A DNA stretch of 64,000 nt, from contig CBFGRV010000006.1 of assembly GCA_965651265.1 (NCBI GenBank), positions 22,595 to 86,594 on the forward strand, read 5' to 3'. This document shows, one piece after another, positions 50,032 through 60,902 of this stretch (position 1 is its first letter; the number at the start of each line of letters is the position of its first letter). This DNA comes from an uncultured Rhodothermales bacterium (GTDB taxonomy: Bacteria; Bacteroidota; Rhodothermia; Rhodothermales; VXPQ01). The position numbers and the translations under genes were made by a program. The notes beneath the pieces are model-generated. The model saw nothing but the letters and a program-made list of their open reading frames with translations, ran no database searches and was not told the origin of the DNA.

Positions 50032-51087
50032 ATGCAGAACGAGGCCCCGGATTCGTTCGGGGATCCGAACATGAACATCGAGGAGAAGATCAGGCTCTTC
50101 GCTGAGCTCTCCGGTGACGAGCGCCGGGAAGTAGAGCAGTATGTGGAGGCTCGAGGTGACAATGAACCGCACCTCAAACGGTTGCTTGAGGAAGCGAAGG
50201 GCCTGGATCACCTCCTCGCCAGTGCTCGCCGGCTCGGGACGTCGCCTCCCGACCGGGAAGCCATCGCGTTCTATGCCGTCATGCGTGGGGTAGACCGTGG
50301 TCGGCTTCCGGGGCACCTTGCCGAGGACCTGGACAGAATCGGTGAAGAGATCGCCGGAAGCGCAGACCTGCGGACGCTGCTCGCGCAGTACGAGGCACGA
50401 GCGTCGGAACTGGCGTCCGCTTCGGATTTCCACGCGCACTTCGAGGCCCTTACCGGACATTCTCGAAGGGGGCCGTCGAGAGAACCGGACGTGCGGCGTC
50501 GGGATCGCGAGCCGGCACCGCACGCTGCTGCGGTCTCCCGTGGGAAAGATGAAGATGGCGCCCGCCCGGATGCCGGCACTCGCCGATTGCTGCAGAGGGC
50601 GGGTGTGGCCGTCGTGGTCGTTGCGACTTTATACCTTGCCCTGCTCGCGCTCGGTAGGTGGGTGCAGCCGGAGTACGAACGACTCGCCCGGTTCACAAGC
50701 GACGAGCTCCGGCTCGTGGGCTACGAAAACGTTCGGGGTGAGCAGCCTGCGGACAGAGAAGTCTTACCGGACGGCGGACCCGGGCTCTCCCCCACCGCCG
50801 CCCATGTTCTGGCGCTCAATCAGCTACGAGGGGCCGAGTCGTCGTTCCTGGGCCTCTTCCCCGGATTCGACAAGCAGCGCCTCGACTCCGCCGCCGTGCT
50901 CCTGGGCCACGTCATCGAGTTGGAGCCCGACGACTCCTTTCTCGCCGATGAGGCCAGGTACTTCCTTGGGAAGGTCGAGTTGGCACGAGGAAATCTGGAC
51001 GAGGCACGCGCGAACCTCACGCGCGTGGCTTCATCACCCAGCGTACGTTCGGAGGCAGCTCAGGAATTGCTGAGCAAGATGGAATAG
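50032..51087 (+). CDS. Single-pass membrane protein, putative anti-sigma factor with C-terminal TPR-like helices
   Basis: Follows the sigma gene; TM VAVVVVATLYLALLAL; C-terminal EARYFLGKVELARGNLDEA. Confidence 0.5.
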   Translation: MQNEAPDSFGDPNMNIEEKIRLFAELSGDERREVEQYVEARGDNEPHLKRLLEEAKGLDHLLASARRLGTSPPDREAIAFYAVMRGVDRGRLPGHLAEDLDRIGEEIAGSADLRTLLAQYEARASELASASDFHAHFEALTGHSRRGPSREPDVRRRDREPAPHAAAVSRGKDEDGARPDAGTRRLLQRAGVAVVVVATLYLALLALGRWVQPEYERLARFTSDELRLVGYENVRGEQPADREVLPDGGPGLSPTAAHVLALNQLRGAESSFLGLFPGFDKQRLDSAAVLLGHVIELEPDDSFLADEARYFLGKVELARGNLDEARANLTRVASSPSVRSEAAQELLSKME

Positions 51088-51093
51088 GAGCCC

Positions 51094-52227
51094 TTACGCG
51101 TACGTATTCAGCATCACAGGCATGATGAGCATGAGCATGTCCTCATCCTCGGCCTGCTCCCCCGGCGTCACGACGCCCGCCCGATTCGGCGAGCTGAATT
51201 CGAAGACGGCGTCCTCCGCATCGATGTGGCTGAGCACTTCCGTGAGATAAACGGAATTGAAGCCGATCACCATCGGGTCGCTGTTGTAGTCGCACCGAAC
51301 CGTCTCGTGGGCCTCGCTGGACCGCTCGATGTCCTCCGCCGAAACCTCGACCCGATCCGCGTCCAGCGAGAGCCGGATCTGGTTCGTCATGCTGGATGAG
51401 TACAGACCAACGCGCTTGACGGCTGCCAGCATGGCATCCCGATTCACGACCATCCGCTTTTCGTTCTCCAGCGGGATGACCGCCTCGTAATTCGGATAAG
51501 ACTCGTCGATCAGCCTCGCCAAGATGCGGCTGTTCGCGAAATCGAATCCGACGTAGCCCTCGTCGACGATGATCGTGCAGTGCTCATCGGTGACAACCTT
51601 CCCAAGAAGAGCCATGGCTTTCTCCGGGACGATAAAGTCTGTCTGCTCGTCAGCCGTCAGTCCGTTGAGCTGCAGCTTGACGAGCCGATGACCGTCCGTG
51701 GCCACGGCGCGCCCCTCGTCCGGGCCGATCTGGAAATAGATGCCCATCATCGCCGGACGCAATGCATCCTTGCTCACGGCGAAGCTCGTCTTTTGAATGG
51801 CGCGGCGCAGCAGGGCGCCCTCCGTCTCGATACGCCGATCGGAATTAAGCTCCGGGAGCGCCGGGTAATCCGCCCCGTCGAAGCCGACCATTTTGTATTC
51901 ACCCATGTCCGTCTTCAACACGACCTGGAACTCGTCGTCGGACGCAAACTGGATCGGGAGTTCGGGGAGAGCCCTCAGCGTATCGAGCAGCCGCTTGGCC
52001 GGGACAGCGATCCGCTGGCCGGCGCCCGTGCCGTTCGTCTCGAACTGAACATTGATCCGCTGGACGATAGAAATCTCCAGATCGGTGGCGGTCAGGCGAA
52101 GGCCGGTATCATCCAGCTGCTCAAAGAGGATGCACTCGAGGATGGGCAGGGGGTTCTTCGAGGGTACGGCACCCCCGACAACGGTGAGCGCCTTGAGCAG
52201 ATCGGCACTGGAGGCAGAAAACTTCAT
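51094..52227 (-). CDS. dnaN: DNA polymerase III beta clamp
   Basis: LPILECILF, LTATDLEI, VATDGHRL, YPNYEAVIP, MLIMPV; start set at ATG 52227. Confidence 0.97.
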   Translation of the reverse strand: MKFSASSADLLKALTVVGGAVPSKNPLPILECILFEQLDDTGLRLTATDLEISIVQRINVQFETNGTGAGQRIAVPAKRLLDTLRALPELPIQFASDDEFQVVLKTDMGEYKMVGFDGADYPALPELNSDRRIETEGALLRRAIQKTSFAVSKDALRPAMMGIYFQIGPDEGRAVATDGHRLVKLQLNGLTADEQTDFIVPEKAMALLGKVVTDEHCTIIVDEGYVGFDFANSRILARLIDESYPNYEAVIPLENEKRMVVNRDAMLAAVKRVGLYSSSMTNQIRLSLDADRVEVSAEDIERSSEAHETVRCDYNSDPMVIGFNSVYLTEVLSHIDAEDAVFEFSSPNRAGVVTPGEQAEDEDMLMLIMPVMLNTYA

Positions 52228-52315
52228 GGGTCTGGTAATTCGTGGATCAGTGGCTGTTAGGCAGCGCCCGTGACGCGAACGCCCCGCTCCGTGAAAGCCG
52301 GGAGAGGCATCCGGT

Positions 52316-53866
52316 TCACCGGCTCCGCAACTCAATCTTATGGCGGATCTCTTCGATCATCTCGGCAAACTGTGGCTCCGTTTCCATCTGATTCTCCACG
52401 CTCTGGCAGGAGTGGATCACGGTCGAGTGGTCGCGCCCGCCGAAGTGGAGGCCGATGGTCTTCAACGAGTGCTGCGTGAGCTGTTTGCTGAAATACATGG
52501 CCACCTGCCGCGCCTGAACGACCTCGCGCTTGCGGGTTTTCGCCCGCACGAGATCCTCCGGAATGTTGAAATACTCACACGTGATGCGCTGGATCTCTTC
52601 GATGGTCAGATTGATGCGAGAATCCTTGATGAGATCCCGCAGCACGTCCTTCGCCATCGGCAGGTCCATCTCGCGATCGTGCAGGGTCGCGTGCGCCAGC
52701 AGCCGGATCAGCGCGCCCTCGAGCTCGCGGATGTTGCTTTTCACGTTGTGGGCGATGAACTCGATCACCTCGTGGGGGAGATCGATGCCGTCGTCTTCGG
52801 CCTTGCGATTCAGGATGGCGATGCGCGTCTCGAGCTCCGGCTGTTGGAGGTCGGCGGACAAGCCCCACTGGAAGCGGGAGAGCAGCCGCTCCTCGATACC
52901 TTCGATTTCGCGCGGCGGCCGGTCGCTCGACAGCACGATCTGCCTTCCGCCCTGATGCAGCGCATTGAAGATGTGGAAGAACTCCTCCTGCGTCTTCTCC
53001 TTTCCGCCGAAGAACTGGACGTCGTCGATGATCAGCAGGTCGATGTCCCGATAGAAGAGGCTGAACTCGTTGACTCGATTATGCTGGATGGACTGCACGA
53101 AGTCCGACGTGAAGCGCTCGCTCGATACGTACAGCACCGCGGCGTCGCCTTGCTGCTTCACGTAGTTTCCGATGGCCTGGATGAGATGCGTCTTGCCGAG
53201 CCCTACGCCGCCATAGATCAGGAAAGGATTGAAGCTGGTTGCTCCGGGTTGCTGGGCGATAGCCCACGCAGCGCTCCGGGCCAATCGATTGCAGTCGCCT
53301 TCGATGAATCGCTCGAAGGTGTACGACGAGTTGAGCTGGCTTTCGACGCGTTGCCGCCTCTGGCCTATAGCGGTCAGCGGCGCTCCGATCGGGTGGGCCG
53401 CGCCCTCGGAGAAGCCGGTGGTTGCGTGCTCGGGGCTCCTCGGCGGCGCATCCGAGGCACGCACGGCTCGTGCGGGCGAGGCTGTGGGATGCCCTGGGGG
53501 CGCATCTGCGTCGGCGTCTACTTCGGTCGCGGTCGGCTGCGGGGGACGTGAAGGGAGATGCATCGATGCACCTTCGTGGCCGCGTTCGACGTCGTCGCGC
53601 TCGATCTTGATGTCATAATACAGCCGGCTCTGAGGTCCCAGCACCTTCGCGACCGTCTTGCGGAGCAGGCTGTAGTAATGCTCCTCCAGCCACTCGTAAT
53701 AGAAGCGGCTTGGAAGCTGAACGGTCAGCTTGTGGCTGCCATCATCTTCCGTGCTAAGGTGTACTGCCCTGAGGGGTTCGAACCACGTCCTAAAACTCTG
53801 CTGGCTGACATTGTCCCGGATGATGTCGAGACACCTTTTCCAGGCTGCTTCAGGTGATTGAACCAT
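52316..53866 (-). CDS. dnaA: Chromosomal replication initiator DnaA
   Basis: [52 protein letters not shown]; Pro/Ala-rich domain II; start set at ATG 53866. Confidence 0.98.
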   Translation of the reverse strand: MVQSPEAAWKRCLDIIRDNVSQQSFRTWFEPLRAVHLSTEDDGSHKLTVQLPSRFYYEWLEEHYYSLLRKTVAKVLGPQSRLYYDIKIERDDVERGHEGASMHLPSRPPQPTATEVDADADAPPGHPTASPARAVRASDAPPRSPEHATTGFSEGAAHPIGAPLTAIGQRRQRVESQLNSSYTFERFIEGDCNRLARSAAWAIAQQPGATSFNPFLIYGGVGLGKTHLIQAIGNYVKQQGDAAVLYVSSERFTSDFVQSIQHNRVNEFSLFYRDIDLLIIDDVQFFGGKEKTQEEFFHIFNALHQGGRQIVLSSDRPPREIEGIEERLLSRFQWGLSADLQQPELETRIAILNRKAEDDGIDLPHEVIEFIAHNVKSNIRELEGALIRLLAHATLHDREMDLPMAKDVLRDLIKDSRINLTIEEIQRITCEYFNIPEDLVRAKTRKREVVQARQVAMYFSKQLTQHSLKTIGLHFGGRDHSTVIHSCQSVENQMETEPQFAEMIEEIRHKIELRSR

Positions 53867-54009
53867 ATACCTAGCTTCAAAAAACCGCAGCGGCCGGAGC
53901 CGCGGCGAGATCAACTGGATGCCGGTCGCTGAGGACGCCACCCAAAAAGCACGCGCCTCGAGAAGGTGTCTGAGCCGGGCGGGGTTCTACCGGCGCTCCG
54001 CAGATATGC

Positions 54010-54260
54010 ACCGGTTATTCACACCGCATCAGGCCGGGCGAAGGAAAATGCCCGAGGCGTGCCGGCACGTTGCTCTCGAGAGACCAACACTTTATGCACA
54101 TGCACGCATCCGGGCTCAAACCCCCGAAAACATAAGGCTTAGCGCCTCTTCGCAAACGCGAAATCAACACTAAGCCTCGCCTGTACTGTTCTCAGCCCTT
54201 CCGCACTCTTGTACAACCTCGGGCCGCCCGAAAGGGTTGTCCACAAATTGTCCACGGCGC
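54010..54260. promoter_or_regulatory. DnaA-box cluster upstream of dnaA
   Basis: TTATTCACA 54015, TTATGCACA 54092, TTGTCCACA 54237, TTGTCCACG 54248. Confidence 0.75.
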
Positions 54261-54710
54261 CGGTTATGTCGCGACCTTCGCACCGGCACGCGAGCGAGCG
54301 GCCTGGGTCCCGGAATCGACCGCACAAACGGAGGTGCGTCGCAGCCCAATCTCCGGAACCGGCGAACGGTATGCGAGGGCTTCGGTGAGGCGGGCCATCG
54401 GCCACCTTCGGACGGCATCGACGCCGTTTTCAGTGTAACCAATTCATCCAGCAAGATCAAGCTGGCGAACGGCGATTTCATACGCCTGCGGACCGACCGA
54501 AATGCGATGGTCGACCGGCGGAGAACCGCGCAGTTCTCTGGTTCTCCGCCCCCGGTTTCTTCACGTTGATTTCGGCGAATCCATGGACGCGCTCCAGCCC
54601 CTCATGGAACGTCGAGGCGCATACCTTAGTTGTTCACGCGGCAATAATCCGGCGGACCAGCGAACGAGTGGATCGGCGGTACGGAAGCCGCCGGAAAGTC
54701 TTGATTCGAC

Positions 54711-55211
54711 ATGTTAACCATCAACGTCGGCTCGCTAGAGAGGGGCGTTCATGAGGTGCACCTCGATCCGAATGCGGACGAGCTCGAGCTCGATCCGCAG
54801 AAGTTCAAAGACGTGCATGTAACGGCGCGACTCGATGTCTCGGAACGGCGCGTGTTAATGATGCTTGATACGACGGCGACCGCCACGCTCGAATGCGACC
54901 GCACGCTCCGGCTGTTCGATCAGCGAATCGAAGGCACTTATCTTGTTGTCTTCGCCTCCGATTCCTTTTCAGCCGAAGCCGCGGAAGCCTATGACGACGT
55001 GCGCCCGCTCGAAGCCGCCGAAACTGACGTAGACATTACCGATATTGCGCGGGATACACTATTGCTCGCGATCCCGCAACGCTGCGTCGCGCCCGGCGCC
55101 GAGGACGAGGAGATCCCGACGCGCTTTGGAGCACCGGACGACGAGAACGACATCATCGACCCGCGCTGGGAGGCCCTCCGGGCCTTGAAGGCGCGAACCG
55201 ACACTAATTGA
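54711..55211 (+). CDS. yceD: YceD/DUF177 family protein
   Basis: LECDRTL, DTLLLAIP, IDPRWEALRAL; directly upstream of rpmF. Confidence 0.88.
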   Translation: MLTINVGSLERGVHEVHLDPNADELELDPQKFKDVHVTARLDVSERRVLMMLDTTATATLECDRTLRLFDQRIEGTYLVVFASDSFSAEAAEAYDDVRPLEAAETDVDITDIARDTLLLAIPQRCVAPGAEDEEIPTRFGAPDDENDIIDPRWEALRALKARTDTN

Positions 55212-55266
55212 GATAGCCTCATCAATCCAGGCGATGCCGAGCTTCGCCACCCGAACCTGATTACGT

Positions 55267-55458
55267 ATGGCCAACCCCAAACGGAAGCATTCGAAGGCTC
55301 GCACCCGCAAGCGACGCGCGAAATACTACGGCGGATTGAAAACGCCGGCGATGATGGAGTGCCCTAATTGCGGAACGGGCAAGCTGCTGCACCACGCCTG
55401 CCCCAGTTGCGGTTACTACAGGGGACGTCCGGTCATCGAGCCGAAAGAAGTACTATAG
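55267..55458 (+). CDS. rpmF: 50S ribosomal protein L32
   Basis: MANPKRKHSKART...CPNC...HHACPSCGYYRGR. Confidence 0.97.
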   Translation: MANPKRKHSKARTRKRRAKYYGGLKTPAMMECPNCGTGKLLHHACPSCGYYRGRPVIEPKEVL

Positions 55459-55496
55459 ACGGCGCCTCGTTGGAGCATCCTGACAAGGAACGCACA

Positions 55497-56513
55497 ATGG
55501 CCATTCGGATAGCGGTGGATGCCATGGGGGGCGATAATGCCCCGGCCGTGGTCATCGACGGGGCCATACGTGCGGTGGAGGAATCGTCCGACGAGATTGG
55601 AGTGCTCCTTTTCGGACCGGCCGACCGGGTCCGGGATGCTCTCCAGAGTGCCGGCGCGAGCGAGAATTCGTCGATTCAGATCGTCGACGCGCCGGAGGTG
55701 ATTCAGATGGATGAATCTCCGGCCGCGGCCGTCAAGACGAAGCAACGGTCGTCCATCCATCTGGGCCTTGGCGCCCATAAGCAGGGCCTCGCGGACGGCT
55801 TCGTGAGCGCCGGAAATACGGGCGCCGTGATGGCGGCATCCCTCTTCATCCTTGGCCGGATCGAAGGCGTCGCCCGCCCGTGCATCATCGGCTTCTTCCC
55901 GACGATCAGCGGCGTGAGTATCGTGCTGGACATCGGGGCCAACCTCGATTGCAAGCCGGAGCACCTCGTGCAGTTCGCCCGGATGGGCGCCGTTTATGCG
56001 CAGGCCATCCTCGGCAAAGAGTCTCCGACCGTCGGGCTGCTGAACGTCGGTGAGGAGCCTGGAAAGGGCAATGAACAGGTGAAAGCCGCCTACGAGCTCC
56101 TCGCGAACGAGCCCGATATCACCTTCCGAGGTAATGTGGAGGGTCGTGACCTTCTGCATCACGCCGCGGATGTCGTCGTGTGCGACGGGTTTGTCGGAAA
56201 CGTACTCCTGAAGTTTGGCGAAAGCGTAGCCTCGGTTTTTCCGCGCATGTTGGCCGAAGAGTCCGCGCGCCAGAACCTATCCGCCGAGCAGCAGGAAGTC
56301 CTTCGGCGCGTCCTGGGCGGTGTTCGCCGGCGATTCGACTATGAGGAATACGGCGGCGCACCCCTTCTGGGGATCAATGGAAATGTGACGATCGGCCACG
56401 GAGGCTCAACAGTACGGGCCATTTCGCGCATGATTTTGACCGCTGCCGCCGAAGCGAAGCACAATGTAGCCGGGGCCATCCGCGCCGCAATTGCCGGCCG
56501 GCAACCAGCATGA
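55497..56513 (+). CDS. plsX: Phosphate acyltransferase PlsX
   Basis: [49 protein letters not shown]; start set at ATG 55497. Confidence 0.96.
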   Translation: MAIRIAVDAMGGDNAPAVVIDGAIRAVEESSDEIGVLLFGPADRVRDALQSAGASENSSIQIVDAPEVIQMDESPAAAVKTKQRSSIHLGLGAHKQGLADGFVSAGNTGAVMAASLFILGRIEGVARPCIIGFFPTISGVSIVLDIGANLDCKPEHLVQFARMGAVYAQAILGKESPTVGLLNVGEEPGKGNEQVKAAYELLANEPDITFRGNVEGRDLLHHAADVVVCDGFVGNVLLKFGESVASVFPRMLAEESARQNLSAEQQEVLRRVLGGVRRRFDYEEYGGAPLLGINGNVTIGHGGSTVRAISRMILTAAAEAKHNVAGAIRAAIAGRQPA

Positions 56514-56526
56514 CAGAGTGAATGCA

Positions 56527-57570
56527 ATGAATTCCAAGACGCGAGCCGCTATCACCGGCATCGGGCGCTTTCTCCCGGAAGATCGCCTTACGAACGAGGA
56601 TCTCGAGCAGATGGTCGACACGAACGACGAATGGATCCGGTCACGCACCGGCATTCGTGAGCGTCGCATCCTCCGGGATCCGAAGAAGGCGACGTCCTAC
56701 ATGGCTACCCGGGCGGCCGAGCAACTCCTCGAGAAGACGGGAGTGGCGGCCGAGGAGATCGATGCCATCATCCTGGCCACGGTGACGCCGGACATGTTCT
56801 TCCCCGCCACCGCATGCCTGGTGCAGGCCAACATCGGCGCCACCCGCGCCTGGGGCTTTGACCTCTCCGCAGCCTGCAGCGGCTTTCTCTTTGCCCTCTC
56901 GACAGGAGCCAGCCTGATCGAGAGCGGCCGCCATCAGAAGGTGATGGTGATCGGGGCCGACAAGATGAGCAGCATCACGGACTTTACCGATCGCACGACG
57001 TGCATCCTCTTCGGTGACGCTGCGGGCGCCGTATTGCTCGAGCCTTCCGAGGACGAATATGGGCTCGTCGATTTCTACCAGCGGGTCGACGGCCAGAACT
57101 GGGATCTCCTCTGCATGCTGGGTGGCGGAAGCCTCAATCCACCCACCTACGAGACCATCGACAAGCGCATGCATTTCCTTCGCCAGGAAGGCCGCGCCGT
57201 CTTCAAGTATGCCGTCGAAGGAATGGCCGATGCGGCCGTTGGCATCATGGAGCGCAACGGCCTCACGGGAGAGGATGTGAAGTTTCTCGTTCCACATCAA
57301 GCGAACCAGCGCATCATCGACGCGACGGCCCGCCGCATGGGCATCGGGCTGGACAAGGTAATGTTCAACATCGAGCGCTACGGAAACACGACGGCGGCCA
57401 CGATCCCTCTCTGTCTCTCCGATTGGGAATCGGAATTGCGCCCCGGCGACAACCTCGTGCTGGCTGCCTTCGGCGGCGGCTTCACGTGGGGTGCATCGTA
57501 CGTCCGGTGGGCGTACGACGGCTCGGAAGTCGCCGTGGAGCGCGAAGAGCTGGCGACCGCCACTACCTGA
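56527..57570 (+). CDS. fabH: Beta-ketoacyl-ACP synthase III
   Basis: [14 protein letters not shown] (Cys), [18 protein letters not shown]. Confidence 0.96.
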   Translation: MNSKTRAAITGIGRFLPEDRLTNEDLEQMVDTNDEWIRSRTGIRERRILRDPKKATSYMATRAAEQLLEKTGVAAEEIDAIILATVTPDMFFPATACLVQANIGATRAWGFDLSAACSGFLFALSTGASLIESGRHQKVMVIGADKMSSITDFTDRTTCILFGDAAGAVLLEPSEDEYGLVDFYQRVDGQNWDLLCMLGGGSLNPPTYETIDKRMHFLRQEGRAVFKYAVEGMADAAVGIMERNGLTGEDVKFLVPHQANQRIIDATARRMGIGLDKVMFNIERYGNTTAATIPLCLSDWESELRPGDNLVLAAFGGGFTWGASYVRWAYDGSEVAVEREELATATT

Positions 57571-57587
57571 TCTCGACTCCGCACAAC

Positions 57588-58547
57588 ATGCCCAAGACGG
57601 CGTTTCTTTTTCCCGGTCAGGGCAGCCAGCACGTAGGGATGGGCCACGACCTGTTCGAGGCCTTTCCGTCAGCGCGGTCGGTGTTCGAGAAAGCCGATGA
57701 CGTGCTGGGGTTCGGGCTCTCGGATGTAATGTTCGGGCGGGAAGGCTCCGAGATCAAATCCGAAGAACGACTCCGACAAACCGACGTCACGCAGCCTGCT
57801 CTATACGTCCACAGCCTGGCCGCGATGGCCGTGCTGAAGGCGCAGGCGAAGCAGCCCGACATGGTTGCGGGCCATAGCCTTGGCGAATACAGCGCGCTCG
57901 TGGCGGCCGGAGCCATCGCCTTCGAGGATGGCCTCCGGATCGTCCGCCTTCGCGGAGAGCTCATGGCCGCGGCCGGCGAGCGACGCCCCGGCGCCATGGC
58001 GGCGGTATTGGGAATGGAGGATGACGACGTCACCAACCTCTGCCTGGAAGCCAGCGAATCGCCGGATTCGATCGTTGAGCCCGCCAATTTCAACGCCCCG
58101 GGCCAGGTTGTCATCTCCGGAGACATAGCTGCGATCGAGCGAGCCGAGCTGCTGGCAAAAGAACGCGGCGCTCGCCGGTTCGTTAGACTGCCCGTCAGCG
58201 GCGCCTTCCACTCTCCGCTCATGGAGTACGCCCGCGACGGACTCGCCGGGGCGCTCGTCGAGCTCGACATCCAACCGCCCACCTGCCCGGTCTACCTGAA
58301 CGTCACCGCGAACTCCACGCAGGACCCGGCCGAAATCCGGAGACGACTCCTGGAGCAGCTCATGGCCCCGGTACGATGGGCGCAGACCCTTCGCCACATG
58401 CACGAGGACGGAGCGCAGCGTTTCGTTGAGGTCGGGGCCGGGAACGTGCTGAGCGGCCTGGTCCGGCGTACGCTGGGTCGGGAGGTGGATGTGCGGGCCG
58501 CCGGCACGGAAGAGGAAGTTCGAGCCATTCAGCCAGAATTGGGTTAA
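57588..58547 (+). CDS. fabD: Malonyl-CoA:ACP transacylase
   Basis: FPGQGSQ, TQPA, GHSLGEY, VSGAFHS; start set at ATG 57588. Confidence 0.96.
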   Translation: MPKTAFLFPGQGSQHVGMGHDLFEAFPSARSVFEKADDVLGFGLSDVMFGREGSEIKSEERLRQTDVTQPALYVHSLAAMAVLKAQAKQPDMVAGHSLGEYSALVAAGAIAFEDGLRIVRLRGELMAAAGERRPGAMAAVLGMEDDDVTNLCLEASESPDSIVEPANFNAPGQVVISGDIAAIERAELLAKERGARRFVRLPVSGAFHSPLMEYARDGLAGALVELDIQPPTCPVYLNVTANSTQDPAEIRRRLLEQLMAPVRWAQTLRHMHEDGAQRFVEVGAGNVLSGLVRRTLGREVDVRAAGTEEEVRAIQPELG

Positions 58548-58564
58548 TCGATCCCTTTACGACC

Positions 58565-59314
58565 ATGTCCTTCGATCTCAACGGCAAATCGGCGCTCGTC
58601 ACCGGGGGCGCTCGTGGAATCGGCGCGGCCATCGTGCGCGCATTGGCAGACGCCGGGGCTCGTGTGGCGTTCACCTATCGATCCTCCGCCGACGAGGCCG
58701 AGGCCCTCGCCAAAGAATTGGAGGCCGCCGGTGTCGAGGTCATGGCGATCCAGGGCGACGCCTCGGACTTTTCTGCCGCGGAGGAGGCCGTCGGAAAGGT
58801 GCTCGAGAAGTGGGGCCGTCTCGACGTGCTGGTGAACAATGCCGGCATCACGAAAGACGGGCTGATGCTTCGAATGAGTGAGGCCGATTGGGATGCCGTC
58901 ATCAACACCAACCTCAAGAGCGTCTTCAATTTCTCTAAGGCGGCATACCGGCCCATGATGAAGCAGAGGGCCGGGAAGATCATCAACCTCTCCTCCATCG
59001 TGGGCGTCATGGGGAATCCCGGGCAGACCAACTATGCCGCTTCGAAGGCCGGGATCATCGGATTTTCAAAGAGCCTCGCGAAGGAGCTCGGGTCGCGCGG
59101 CATCACGGTGAATGTCGTGGCGCCCGGCTACGTAGCTACCGACATGACGGCTCAGTTGCCGGATGCGGCCCGCGAGGCCATGCTCGGAGCCGTCGTCCTG
59201 GGGAGGCCGGCGCAGCCCGAAGACGTCGCCAACGCGGTTCGCTTCCTGGCTTCGCCGGCGGCGGACTACATCACGGGGCACGTCCTACACGTCGACGGCG
59301 GCCTCGCGATGTGA
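58565..59314 (+). CDS. fabG: 3-oxoacyl-ACP reductase
   Basis: TGGARGIG, NNAGIT, YAASK, VDGGLAM. Confidence 0.95.
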   Translation: MSFDLNGKSALVTGGARGIGAAIVRALADAGARVAFTYRSSADEAEALAKELEAAGVEVMAIQGDASDFSAAEEAVGKVLEKWGRLDVLVNNAGITKDGLMLRMSEADWDAVINTNLKSVFNFSKAAYRPMMKQRAGKIINLSSIVGVMGNPGQTNYAASKAGIIGFSKSLAKELGSRGITVNVVAPGYVATDMTAQLPDAAREAMLGAVVLGRPAQPEDVANAVRFLASPAADYITGHVLHVDGGLAM

Positions 59315-59381
59315 GCGCCGGTTAGGACCTCCCCGAATTTCCGATCGTACACAATGGCACTTTTTCAATCGGAGTGGGGAT

Positions 59382-60848
59382 ATGCCTGAACAGAAGTCCG
59401 AACGACCTTATACGACGGTCATCGACCTGACCCGTCGCGCTCAGCGTGAGCGGCGACAGCAGGCTGACCTCCAATCGATCCAGGACCAGGACGAGGAGAG
59501 CGGTCCTTCGATCGAGGCGGAGGACCTTCCCGTGGCCGTGCAGGCCGCCTTCAGCGCCGCCGGCTGGGACCGGCTCATGCCTGTCCAGCAGAAGGTCATC
59601 CCTTATATACTGCAAGGCAAAGACCTGATCGTGCAGTCCCGCACCGGCTCCGGGAAGACGGGCGCGTTCCTCCTTCCGCTGTTTGAGCTGCTCGATCCGA
59701 GCTCGGCCACGACGCAGGCGCTCATCATGACGCCCACGCGTGAGCTGGCGAAGCAGATCAACAACGAGTTCGAGAGAATGAAGCTGGCGACGACCCAGAC
59801 GAACGAGCTTCGCTCGGTGCTCGTCTACGGCGGCGTCAAGTACGGTCCCCAAATCAGCGGTCTAAAAAAAGGGGCGCACGTGGTCATCGGCACGCCCGGC
59901 CGGGTGCTGGATCACCTACGGAAAAAGAACATGAGCCTCGAAAACCTCCGCTATCTCATCTTCGATGAAGCGGATGAGATGCTCTCGATGGGCTTTTTTC
60001 CGGACATGAAGGAGCTAAAGCGGTACCTGCCGCGGGAGCGCCACACCTTCATGTTCAGTGCCACCATCCCGCCGAAAGTGATGGCGCTGAGCCGCGAATT
60101 CTTACGCGAGCCGCAGTTCGTGTCGCTAAGCGCGGGCCAGGAGCACGTCGAGACGCTCGAGTACCATTACTACGTTACCGATCCAATGGAGAAGGATCGC
60201 GTGCTCGTGCGGCTCTTTGAGATGGAGAATCCCGATTCGGCCATCGTGTTCGTCAACACGAAGCGTGAGGTCGAATATCTGACGCAGTTTCTAAAGAATT
60301 ACGGCTACAGTGCGGATGCTCTCTCCGGTGACCTGAATCAGAAGGCTCGTGAGAAGGCGCTAGAGCGCACGCATCGCGGAGAGATTCGCTTCCTCGTGGC
60401 TACGGACGTAGCGGCGCGCGGCATCGACATCTCCGATCTGAGCCACGTTTTCATGTACGATGTCCCGCAGGATCCGGAGTACCTGATCCATCGATCCGGC
60501 CGGACGGCGCGGGCCGGCAAGGGCGGGCTCGCCATCGTGCTGTGCACGGTTGAGGATGAGACGGATTTGCTGCGTGCAGCGACGCGATACGGCATCCCGG
60601 TGGAGAAGCGGCCCGTGCCGACCCCTGACGACGTCAGCAAACGCGTAGCCGAGCGGATCATCGTGCATCTGGAAAATCGCCTCCGCGGGCGCTCGAGCCT
60701 GGAGCGCGAACGCGCCCTCCAGTTCGTGCCGCTCGTTCAAGAACTGGCACAGGAGGAGCCGGAATTGCTCGCCATGTTCCTTGATGAGGTCTACAGGGAA
60801 GGGCTGAGCACCTCAGGCGGGGTCAACGACCCCGAAGAAAGGGAGTGA
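59382..60848 (+). CDS. DEAD-box RNA helicase
   Basis: SRTGSGKT, PTRELA, TPGR, DEAD, SAT, ATDVAARGID, HRSGRTAR; start set at ATG 59382. Confidence 0.95.
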   Translation: MPEQKSERPYTTVIDLTRRAQRERRQQADLQSIQDQDEESGPSIEAEDLPVAVQAAFSAAGWDRLMPVQQKVIPYILQGKDLIVQSRTGSGKTGAFLLPLFELLDPSSATTQALIMTPTRELAKQINNEFERMKLATTQTNELRSVLVYGGVKYGPQISGLKKGAHVVIGTPGRVLDHLRKKNMSLENLRYLIFDEADEMLSMGFFPDMKELKRYLPRERHTFMFSATIPPKVMALSREFLREPQFVSLSAGQEHVETLEYHYYVTDPMEKDRVLVRLFEMENPDSAIVFVNTKREVEYLTQFLKNYGYSADALSGDLNQKAREKALERTHRGEIRFLVATDVAARGIDISDLSHVFMYDVPQDPEYLIHRSGRTARAGKGGLAIVLCTVEDETDLLRAATRYGIPVEKRPVPTPDDVSKRVAERIIVHLENRLRGRSSLERERALQFVPLVQELAQEEPELLAMFLDEVYREGLSTSGGVNDPEERE

Positions 60849-60902
60849 CACAGAGGTGCTCGCTCGTTCGAAATACACCATCCCCGGCTAGGGCCCTTCG
60901 AT

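Noticed and set aside
54711-59314. Missing acpP/fabF after fabG as a novelty
   Set aside because: Split fab clusters are common; these genes are probably elsewhere in the genome
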